A stretch of 62,459 bases of DNA, taken from assembly GCA_001938485.1 (NCBI GenBank), contig MQRK01249634.1:1-62459 (forward strand), in the 5' to 3' direction. Both the position numbers and the translations under genes were made by a program. Positions 39,744-50,589 of this stretch are shown here, piece by piece. How positions within the stretch are numbered: the stretch's first letter is position 1; each line of letters starts with the position of its first letter. The DNA is from Girardia tigrina (Eukaryota). The notes beneath the pieces were generated by a model. The model was given only the letters and a program-made list of their open reading frames with translations. It did not search any database and was not told the origin of the DNA.

Positions 39744-40190
39744 TCATAATTTTCTGGAATTTTCCAGTACAAATCTTTGTAACGAGGTGGCAGCGTCCCG
39801 GGGTTGAGTACTCGGCATTTCCGGGACAGAAAATCCAATCTTACCGGCATTCGCCTGCCGCTCATCAATTTCATCTCCGCGGAAGAGTGGTTCGCGGGTG
39901 ATCATCTCAGCAAACAGGTTTTGTAGTTTAAGATCTCTGTGAATGACCCGGTGTAAATGAAGAAACAATAATCCCTGGAAGATTTGATAATCAAAACATT
40001 TTATAACGATCGCGTCCATATTGAACTCCAGATTATCGAGATACAGCCACAGAACCATATTTACATATTCAAATACGAGAAATAATTTTTTATTTTCTTT
40101 ATAAACAACTCCGTAAGTGCTTTCACAAATCTTTTCAATTTTAATGAAATCAAAAATGGAAATTTTGATATTATCATTTTTAGATGTCAT
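39744..40190 (-). pseudogene. cdk1: Intronless CDK1/2-like kinase fragment with two large in-frame deletions
   Basis: KIEKICESTYGVVYK | LFLVFEY...YQIFQGLLFLHLHRVIHRDLKLQNL | FAEMITREPLFRGD-EID. VAxKK, PSTAIRE, DFG and the T-loop are absent. Confidence 0.88.
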
Positions 40191-41054
40191 TTGATTTAAA
40201 TTCGAAATAAAATTTTGATTGACAATCGACCGTTAACACTACGAAACAGAATTTAATTTTTGATTAGCAAATCGATTTTCAAATAAAAAAAAACTGAACA
40301 TCGATCACCAATTTTCGCCTACAACTTCAAAAACAAATTTACAAATTTTGACCCAATGTCAATGCGCTTCAATTTCCACTTCACAAATATGCAATTTTTA
40401 GAACTCAAATTCTTTTTTGATCAAAATGATTAACAATCACCGATTTCAGCCGATTTTAAACAATTTCAAACCATATCACCACTTTTTAGATTTAATTTTG
40501 TGCGCCCAAACAACGCAAACCCCAATCATTTTCAATAATTATTTTTTTCGATAATTCATTTTTTTTCTTATTTATTTAATTATTATTTTTTTAAAGATAA
40601 AAATTGCAAACAAAAAATAAAAAAATCACCACTCAAAATACCAAAACTAATTTCTAAAACTAATTCAAAACAACTATATCACAATTATCGAATCAATTCT
40701 TTAAGTTCGATGTGCGTAAATTGTCAATCTCGAAAGAACCACTGAAATGGAGTTGCAAAACATCTTCGTTAGAATTAATTGATGCTTCATTGAAATTTAA
40801 AGTCAATAATTTGATTTGAATTTTTAGATTTCGACATTTTCACTAATTTTGACTAGAAATTCCGATAAATCATCTTCGAACATTTTTTTCAATAAACAAA
40901 GATTATTTCAACATTCTATTTTTTGAAAATTCCAAACAATACTCCGGTCTTCGCGATGGAACCACAATTCGACAGAGTTCAAATCGTAACGAATTTTTCG
41001 AATTTTATTTTTTTTTCCAATTTTTTTGAGTTCATTTCGATATCGACCCCCCAA

Positions 41055-41575
41055 TGTGAATCGAACAATATATATTAATCAATCTGGAACAGCCCTTGAT
41101 TATATTTTAATCGTTTTTTTGTTGCATCCTTTCAATTTATTGCATGGAAGAGTGTTGTCAATGTTATCCTACATTCAGGGATCTCTGAGTACAAAGCCAG
41201 ATGGGACGTACCTCCGAGCGTTATCCCTGTGAAACTAGAGCTCTCTTCTCTAGGCTAAAGCGTCCAAAGCTGAGGCATTTGCTGTTTGAATGGTCGGCAG
41301 TAGTCATGTATCGTTATTGGGCTAGCAATCCAGTTTCTTGAATGAACCGGCTGTGGGGAGTCGTGACCCTGCAGTCGTGTGGTCGATTGCATCGAAATGA
41401 TCCAGGGTTTCTAATCATGGTGAGGGGTGTTGGGAAGCCGGTTCGCCGGAGGAGCTTAGGCATTGATCTCAACATTTAGGGAGTGCCTTTTGAAGCCATA
41501 AGCGTCTCAGACCTCCTAAAAAACATCAGACTTAATACCTTTATAGGGGATGAGAGGATCCTGCATTACCCTACA
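41055..41575 (-). repeat. Putative 5' LTR (521 bp) followed by a PBS-like motif
   Basis: On the minus strand: TGTAGGG...ATTCACA termini, AATAAA ~80 nt before the end, then immediately T-TGGGGGGTCGATATCG (tRNA-Pro-like start). GC-richer than the flanks. No partner LTR in the window. Confidence 0.65.
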
Positions 41576-41599
41576 ATCATGCTTCAAAATCCAATACCA

Positions 41600-42428
41600 A
41601 TTTCCATCTATTTTTACCAATTCCTTCATTATTTCTACGATATTCTTCTCTTTATAGAATACACTTCTCATTCTTGTTTTCCAGCTGTCTCTTTGTGTTT
41701 TCTCATATTTACTTATCGCCTCTAGGGTCATGAATGCTGTAACTGATATTACTTTTCTTTATTCCTTAAATCCCAAAATCTTTGAATATCTCTCAAAGCT
41801 TATTAATTTTATCTAATTTTGTTTCTGGCCCATCGAATATCGCCGGTCCTTTGATAATTGGTGTCACGTGGTCATGTGCCACCATGTTAAGAACATTGAG
41901 ACAATTTTCATTAGCATTTTTATTATTATCTCATTTGGAGTCATTACAGATCTCGCAAGATCTTTCACTGTAGGACATCACTATGATTGGTTTTTTTAAT
42001 TTCTATTTTTAATCATGATTATTCGAACAATTTTTTCTAATTCTTTTTAAAATATTTAATTCCTTAAAACATAATAATTTTAAAATAATAATTTAAAATA
42101 TAATAATTTTAACCATTTCTTTATTAAAACTGAGAATATAAAAACTTTATAAAAATTGTTAAAAATGAATTTAATTTAAATCTAAATAAATGCTTTTCTT
42201 TTTGTTTTTAAAAAAATATTAAACTTAATTTTAATTGTTCATTTAAAAAGTATATAAACTTATCAAATTATTAATTTAACTATGTTCAAATAGGCAATCA
42301 TTGTAAATATACAAAAAATACCAATTTCCATCTGAGTTGGAGAATCACCATTCTAATTTCAACATACTCAAATCAATATAAAATATCACTGCATTCACAC
42401 ATTCATATAATTTAAAATATTCCTCACA
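41600..42428 (-). mobile_element. 5' LTR, leader and gag N-terminus of a Gypsy element (same family as 25660-26286)
   Basis: Gag-like PIIKGPAIFDG...AFMTLEAISKYEK; shares leader with 25660-26286; interrupted near 41575. Confidence 0.7.
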
Positions 42429-42801
42429 AAAATATTTGCGAAAATTGTAATTTATCTCTATTTATAAATTTTCATTTCATGATAAGCATCATGCACTGCT
42501 TTGAGATTATTTCTTATGTCCGGATCGTTTCTGGAAAATACTTTCAATCGATTTTCCATATTTGAAGAATAAAATTTTAAAGAAATCTTGACGCCATATT
42601 AAATTGTGGTAAAGAAATGAAGTCAAATAGAGGAATATTAATATTTTTACAAATAACATTTGTTTTTGATAATATTAAAATAACGAATATTTTCGTATCT
42701 CACAAATTATAAAATTATAATATAAATTTAATTCGAGTCAGCTTATATATGTGTACATATTTATATTTCTAATAAATTATTTTTCGAAAATTTAATTTCA
42801 G

Positions 42802-42928
42802 AATAGCAGTAATATAGTTACTGTGAGGTCAAACACTTCAAATCAATCAACCTCGAATAAAATGTATGTTAAAACGGAATTCCTTTCGGAGAACAGTAAT
42901 TTAACAACTGATATAATCAATAAGTTTG
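42802..42928 (+). CDS. gli: Probable downstream Gli exon
   Basis: tttcag|NSSNIVTVRSNTSNQSTSNKMYVKTEFLSENSNLTTDIINKF-G|gtaaat. Open, phase 0 compatible with the donor at 29062, S/N/T-rich. No conserved motif. Confidence 0.5.
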
Positions 42929-43050
42929 GTAAATTATTTATTCTCTTCTTAAAAGTTTTAGTCATTCTATAGATATTATTTATAATAGATTAGACAGAAA
43001 GTAAATTTAACTATCTTATTTATCTATAAAATTATAACATTTAAATAAAC

Positions 43051-43560
43051 TGATTATAAGTTAGTTAAAATTTCATCTCGCCAAATAATTTATTGAGAAT
43101 GTATAATGAGACTGATGTGTACCCGCATCTATAAATAATAAGAGAAAACAGACACGGGTACTTGAAAGTATGACCTTTAACGATGACATGCCACCGTGAG
43201 CTCGGTCTTTATATAGGTGGCCACTACCTCTGTCGATTGGGGTTGATGGTACTCGATGGTCCGCTGTTACGACCAAAATGATGGTCGATTTGGGTGTCGA
43301 TTGTCGGGATTGAATCGAGTGATCGATTAATCCGGCGCGGCTGTTGAGTTCAGGTCCATATTCAGCCTAGCGGAACGGTTTGAGCGCCACAATTTGATAT
43401 CGATCAATCGAGTGGCAGTAATCGACCGATAATAAATCGACAACGGTTGGCGGCGGCTTGTTGTTGACAACGGAGAAATTATAAAGAGTCATTGCTTGAA
43501 CTAAAGCGCAGTTGCAATTTCAAACGGTATCATTTTTTGAAGGCAGAAAAGAAATTCGAA
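43051..43560. repeat. GC-rich, TCGA-rich LTR-like island
   Basis: Sharp GC rise and many TCGA motifs. Its left end shares gttagttaaaatttcatctcgccaaataatttatt with the LTR terminus of the 50590-56381 family. Confidence 0.45.
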
Positions 43561-43703
43561 AGAAAATTTATTATAATTTAAAATTTTCATAAAAATTGTG
43601 ATTCAGAAAAACAAATTGTTTTTATCATATATTCAAATGAGTTTTTATTTTTGTTTTGTATTTTGAACTGTTTTTAAAAAATATGAATATTGGATTTTAA
43701 TAT

Positions 43704-46700
43704 TGTGGAATAATTATGTAAATATTAATGTATTGGAATGTGTGTTGTTTTAATAATCATTATTGTAAATTTTAATTCAAATATAATTTTCTTAGTTAAA
43801 TATTCTCCTTCACAACAGTGGCGTCATAAGCAGGATGAAAGCCGATAGTGGAGATCACCAGTCGAAATTACTGGAAGTAATTTTGAATAGAATCCTGAAA
43901 AAAGACTCCGCCAAAACTCCGAAAACATTCGAAGAAGGGGACGATACTGTCCAATTTTTGAAATGCATGGATGTATTTATGCGGCAACTTGAAATATCGG
44001 AGGAAACACAAGCTGATTTCTTCATGGAATACTTGGAGGAAGATGTTCAGTGTTTTTTGAAGTCGCAGTGGGGTTACACCCAAAATCAAAAGAGTTTCGA
44101 ATGGCTCAAGGAAACTTTTTTGAAGCTGTTCGGATGAAAGAAGTCAGATATTTCATCGTGGATGAAACTATTCGGCATTCGACAGAAGGATGGCCAGTCA
44201 ACGAAGGAGTTTATGAAAGAAGTAAGAATTCGTTGTTTTAAAGAATTACCGGAGTTGATCTCCGAAGAAAGAGAGCCCAAAACTCTCCAAGTTTTTATAA
44301 ATGGTTTTTATAAATAAGAGACAATGAATGACAGAGCTCAAAAGGCACTAAAAGTGTTGCAGCCTAAAACTTTGGATGAAGCATTCGAGATGATAAAAAA
44401 AGAATGTGTAACTCAAGATATGTCGGCAACAGTAAATGTGCTGGCCGAGAATGATGAAATTCGAATGCTTAGGGACAAAGCTTCCGAACTGAACAAACGT
44501 ATTACTTCATTGCAGGAAATGGTAAAAATGCTGCAGCAAGAAAGACAATCGAGTCAATGGAAAGGTGATAATAGAACGAGAAATCCTGTCAAAGAAACAA
44601 GTGGATGCTGGAATTGTGGGAGCAGCAGTCACATTCTGAGAGACTGTAATAAGTCTCGATTCTGCAAAAAATGCAACAAAAAGGGGCATATAGATAAGTT
44701 TTGTCTAAACGGAAAACGTAAATCAGTCCATGTGTTCGAGTCTGCCAGTATATCCAGTAATGAAAGTGAAACAGACACGGGAACAGGTACGGAAGAACCG
44801 AGCATTTGTCATATTTCAAATGCAAAGAAGTCGTATGCCAGAGTGGTGAAAGAAACTGTTCCGAAATAAAAGGAACAGAATAATCTTTGAGTAAAGAAGA
44901 TCAGTTATAAAGTAAAAGATCAGAACAAACCAATGTGTTACGGTCGGATCAATGGGAACAGTAAAAAGATCTTATAAGACACCGGAGCCGAAGTGAATGT
45001 TATCAGCAAAGACATGCTAATGGAGTTGCAAGATTCAGATAAAACATTGAAAACCAGACGTTCATCCAGAAAAATCAAGTGTGCAGATGGATTTACAGTG
45101 CCTGTACGAGCGGAAGTATCCCTGATAGTTGAATTGGGTGCTAAAGGGAAAAGTTGTAATTTCTTTGTTGTGGATGGATTAAGCCCGGATATAATTCTTG
45201 GGATATGAAGCATGAAGAGTCTTGGGATTAAGATTGATCTCGATAATAATGGTGTTAATAGTGGAACAATTTTCGTTCCATTCGTTTCGAAGGTGAATGC
45301 AGATACGACAGTCCCGACAAATCAGTTAAACTGAAAGGGCACTGCTTGAGGAGTCGGAAGCAGTATGCGCCCTATGAGACTCAGACTGTAGCAGCTGCCG
45401 TTACACGAGAAGCGCCTGAAAGTGAGTTTCTCTTATCCCAATTTAGATGTGTGAATGATAGCAATAGAGACAATATTATTAGTTTAGTGAAAGAATTCAG
45501 AGACGTATTTGATATAGGCTTGGTGCGGAACGCTGTGCATAAAATAGAGCTTAAAGATAGCTCTGATTTGCTCCGATACAGGAGCAAACGAGGAGAATTC
45601 CGGTGGCGCTCCAAGAAACAGTTGATGAGTTTGTTGAACAGTTGCTACAGAGTGGAACGCTCCTATAGTGATTGTGCCAAAAAAGGACGGAGATATTCGA
45701 CTTAAAGTAGATTACCGGAGACTAAATCAAAAGACTAAAATTCCATCATTTTCTGAAACACAACAACTTTTTGATACCTTGGGAGGAGCGAAACACTTTA
45801 GCACAATGGATTTGGCTGCAGGATGTTATAACATAAGTCTTGCAGAGTGTGATAGAGAGAAAACAGCGTTTAGTACTAGAAAAGGACACTGGGAGTTTTT
45901 GAGGTTGCCAATGGGCTTAGCGGCAGCGCCGGCCACTTTACAAAGAGTTATGAAAGCGATGTTAAAGAAGAAGACTGGAGGGAATGCTTGATATATTTGG
46001 ATTATATTATAGTTTTTGGGAAGACACGAGAGGAACATTTGATCAGACTGCGAAAAGTATTATCACAAATCAAAGAAGTGAGTCTAAAGATTGCACCAGC
46101 AAAGTGCCAATTTTTTGCAAGGGATGTAAAGTACCTGGGCCATAGAGTATCAACCAATGGAATTTCAATGGACGAGGATAAAATCAAGTGCATCCAGGAG
46201 TGGCCACAGCCAGAGTCTCAAGAAGAACTGAGAAAATTTCTTGGACTTTGCGGATACTATCGCAATTATATTAAAGAGTACGCCAAAATTGTTGCACCAT
46301 TAGAAAAGGCATGTAAAGACTGCTGGAACAAAGCTAGGACTAGAAAATTACACTCGTTGCAATGTTCAGCCTGTTTGGGTGACGCATTTCTTCATTTGAA
46401 ACAATGTTTAATGACCGCGCCAATTTTAGCAGTTCCGAATAGCTACGACCAATTCATATTGGATACGGATGCATGTGATAACACGATTGGATGCGTCCTT
46501 TCTCAAATGCAAAGTGGTGATGAAAAAGTAATAGCCTACGCTTCGCATAAATTGTCTACAGCAGAACAACATTATTGTGTGACACGAAAATAGTTGCTGT
46601 GTGTCTATAAATACACAAAAATGTTTAGACACTATTTATTTGGAAGAAGATTTAGTATAAGAACTGACCACAAAGCTCTATGCTGGATGATGAATAGGAA

Positions 46701-48482
46701 AACACCGAGTACAAGTCAATTTAGTTCATGGCTCAATGAATTGAGTGTCTGTGATATGGATATCCAATACTGGAAAGGAGAAGAACATAAGAATGCGGAC
46801 GCTCTATCCCGAGCGCCAGAACAATGCCAGCAATGTGCAATGAGCCACGAAAATCAGAAGGCAAAACGAAATGTTAAATATTACAATGAAAATCAAAATG
46901 ATAAAAAAGCTGTTGTCTACTGCCGGCGGATAGCAATGGAAGAAGAAGAGGTCTGTCAGACGGATGATAATAATCTGGCTTTGATAATTAAATTTATGAA
47001 AAACAAAAACGTTGAAGATCCTGGAGAACTTCAGAATACAGAAAGAGAAGCCCAGGTGCTATGGAGAAATCGGAAGGACTTCAGATTTACAAGGACTTGC
47101 TATATATTATTCGCCAAGAGGACTATAAACTTCTTCTACTAAAAAATAGAAGAGATGAAATCATCGGCCATGCCCATATGTTGCATGGGCACATCGGAGT
47201 CAGCAAAACAACAGCTCTTTTAAAGGAGAAATTCTACTGGCCAGGTATGTCTTTTGATATTAGAATAAGAATAGGAAAATGTAAAGAATGTCAGAGCCGA
47301 AAAAATCAACGACCAGACAGAAATAAGACTCATGGATCCTTAAATGCAGGGTACCCCTTTGGAACAATAACTTAACAGGACCACTTCCAGAAAGTAAAAA
47401 TGGATGTAGATACATCTTGGGAATTATTGATAACTTTTCAAAATACCCCATGCTGATACCGCTGAGAAATATGACTGCGAAAACGATATGCAAATCCATT
47501 TTGACAAGTGGATAGTGCAATTTGGAATCCCGGATAGGATACAATCAGATAGAGGTACTGCTTTTGAGAGCGAGATCGTACAGGAACTTTGTGTTCTTCT
47601 CGGAATTAGAAAATCTCGGAGCTCACCATATTATCCTCAAGGTGACGGGGTAATTGAGAGACTATTTGGTACAGCAAAAGACATGCTTTACGTAACAGCG
47701 AAGTCATCTGGATATGAATGTGAAGAAGCGATTCCCTTTGTTGAATTTGGACTAAGAAATAAAATTTGTAGAAGCACTGGATTCTCTCCCTTCGAGGTGA
47801 TTTTTGGTCGGAAAATGAGGTCTTTCTACTCGGAAAAGAAAGTGAGTCCAGCAAATGATGGAAACTATTGTAAATATATCACAGAGCTTTAACAAGTGTT
47901 ACAAGTGGTGAGCCAACAGATCAAGACCAAACAAGAAATTAAAAAGCCAGCTACATCAGGTTCAGGGGTTTGTCTGGCAATTGGTGATCTAGTGCTGGTT
48001 AGGATACTACCGCGAATCAAAGGAATCGATATGCCAAGATACGAAGGGCCATATGCGTTGATCGGTAAACTGGGGAAGCATGCGTACAGATTAAGACGGA
48101 TTAGTGACGGAAGAATAATTGAGAGAAATGTGGTGGATATCAAAAGATTGAGAACATCACAAAATGACACGAGAAAATCAGAAAAGGCTACAACAATTAT
48201 GTCAAAAAGTATCAAAAATGATCATCATGATGTACATGAAGAAGACCAGATGCCAGAGGAAGATCGACGAAATATTAATAAAACAAGAGTGAGACGCAAT
48301 CCAGAAATTAAGTTCGAGACCGACAGAAGCCTAAAAGATACAGAAATTAAGTTGCCGAACAAGGCGAGTGTGGAATAATTATGTAAATATTAATGTATTG
48401 GAATGTGTGTTGTTTTAATAATCATTATTGTAAATTTTAATTCAAATATATTTTTCTTCGTTAAATATCCTCTTTCACAACA
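43704..48482 (+). mobile_element. Full-length Ty3/Gypsy LTR retrotransposon with 114-bp LTRs, decayed
   Basis: LTRs 43704-43817 and 48369-48482 (TGT...ACA, about 4 differences), AATAT TSD, tRNA-Ser-like PBS TGGCGTCATAAGCAGGAT overlapping the gag ATG. Gag with two CCHC knuckles, protease DTGA, RT IYLDY, RNaseH DTDAC, integrase with GPY. Confidence 0.97.
45325..45373 (+). promoter_or_regulatory. Candidate -1 ribosomal frameshift signal between protease and RT
   Basis: G TTA AAC TGA, then stem AGGGC-ACTGCTT...AAGCAGT-(ATGC)-GCCCT. The -1 frame is open into ORF 45346. Confidence 0.7.
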
Positions 48483-49438
48483 AATATATAGATATATTTA
48501 TAAATATTAATATTTACTTTTGTGGTCACTTCAATATAACCGCGATGAAATTACCGGACACCATGTTACTTCACTTTTACGCAATTTTTTTGGTGCCACG
48601 AATGCAACTTTTTGCACAATTAATTCACGTAAATTCACTTGAAAGTGATTTTTATACAAGAGTTTTAATCTTGGGATCAATTTATCGAATTTACTGGAGG
48701 ATATTGCGGACAATTGTTCAGAAACATTTTTATTCCTGAAACTAATTTATTGAGTTAAAAAAGGATTGGATATATATTTTTGGAATGTAAATATATTAAA
48801 TAAAATTTGCATAAAAATGAATCGATTTTCTTATACATTACATTAATCCAGTTACTTACAATACAGATTTTGTCCACTTTTACATAAAATATTAAAGAAT
48901 TTAACCAATATTATTAAAAAAACTATCTATGGATCTTTGGTTGAAGACAGGATAAAAGAAAGGCAAAATGGTTCTACTAATAAGTCTATCACCGAAGAAG
49001 AAAATAATCCAAAAACTGTGATTTCTTCAAATTCGAACAATAAAGAGAAAATGTCATCTATGAACTACTGTTCCCCCCAGAACTTTTCCTTTGGGGAGGA
49101 AACCGGAAAACATGGAGGGGAACAGCAATATGCATGCAGTTTCTTCGACTCTAAATCAGAGCGGATACTGACGAGGAAGCAATGTGGTATTATAGTAATT
49201 CATCACAAAGAAAAAAGGGGTTTTAATTGACTAAGAAAGAAATGATTTTCCCATTGGAAAAACTTTTTTAATATCATCACATGAGAGTTATTGACCAAAA
49301 AGTGAATAACCATCAGGATAGCACAAAAAGAAATGGAACCACATCTTTTTACTATAATTCAACAAAGAAAAACACTAATAAACATCAGAATAGAGTAAAA
49401 CGGCAAAGGTGTTGTCATGTGAATAAAACAATCACATG

Positions 49439-49859
49439 CACGGGAAATCTCACCCGNNNNNNNNNNNNNNNNNNNNNNNNNNNNNNNNNNNNNNNNNNNN
49501 NNNNNNNNNNNNNNNNNNNNNNNNNNNNNNNNNNNNNNNNNNNNNNNNNNNNNNNNNNNNNNNNNNNNNNNNNNNNNNNNNNNNNNNNNNNNNNNNGATT
49601 GTGTTTAATCGCAATTACATTACTTCTTAGAGGAATTAATAGCGTTTAGCTAAATGAAATGGAGAAATAACAGGTCTGTGATGCCCTTAGATGTACGGGG
49701 CCGCACGCGCGCTACAATGGCAGTAACAGCGAGTTTTATTCCTAGCTAGAAATGGCCGGGTAACCTGCTGAAACACTGTCGTGTCAGGAATAGTGGATTG
49801 AAATTATCCCACTTGAACGAGGAATTCCTAGTAAGTACAAGTCACTAACTTGTGCTGAT

Positions 49860-49906
<47 letters not shown>
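49439..49906 (+). rRNA. Isolated 18S rRNA fragment (3' major domain), spanning an N gap; probably non-functional
   Basis: CACGGGAAATCTCACCCG before the gap. After it: ATAACAGGTCTGTGATGCCCTTAGATGT, TTGAACGAGGAATTCCTAGTAAG, GATTACGTCCCTGCCCTTTGTACACACCGCCCGTCGCTACTACCGATTG. Flanks are not rDNA. Confidence 0.95.
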
Positions 49907-49907
<1 letters not shown>

Positions 49908-49919
49908 ATAGTAGAATGC

Positions 49920-50390
49920 GAATTCTTCTTTCCTTTTGTTTTAGCCATTTTGGACAACGTCCTGCGATTCTTCATCTGTCATCTTTTCATGACCATCCAT
50001 CGTGACAAGCATACATACTTACAAGTTAAGTGCGTCCATGCTTTAAACTCGTAAGAATCATATTCATGTCACTGAACGACCTCTCGATACTTGGTGTTCC
50101 ATAAGGACACAGAAGAATAACTGACGCCACCTTTTAGAGGTTAAGAAAAGTTCCAGCCAAAACTTCTGTTGAATCCACCAAAGATCGAAGTACATCCGAA
50201 GAATAAAGAATGACTATCTTTTGTCGAAGAAATGCCAGATGGTTGCGAAACACATTGAACTCCTCTAATGCTGTCTGTTATGCTGTTGAGAACTGTATGA
50301 GATTCGAATTGTTGAGACTCGAATCTCTTTGTGGGCCTTTGTGAGATAAATTTTCCGTCTCGCTTTGATGTATTTATATTCAATATTCAC
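49920..50390 (-). pseudogene. hAT transposase C-terminal (dimerisation domain) fragment
   Basis: The minus strand reads KFWLE...NL*KVASVILLCPYGTPSIERSFSDMNMILTSL. Confidence 0.7.
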
Positions 50391-50589
50391 AATTATAATT
50401 GTGTCGTTTTGTTTTGACTGAATTTCATATAAAATGCAATTAATAATTTTTTATCATATGATTAAGTTATATTTAACTATCGAGAAATAGCTTAAGTAAT
50501 TGTCTAATATTACAATATATAAGGAATTAACATATTGCTTTATAATGAATATTAATTAAAAATTTAAAAAGCGGAAAAAAATATGACGC

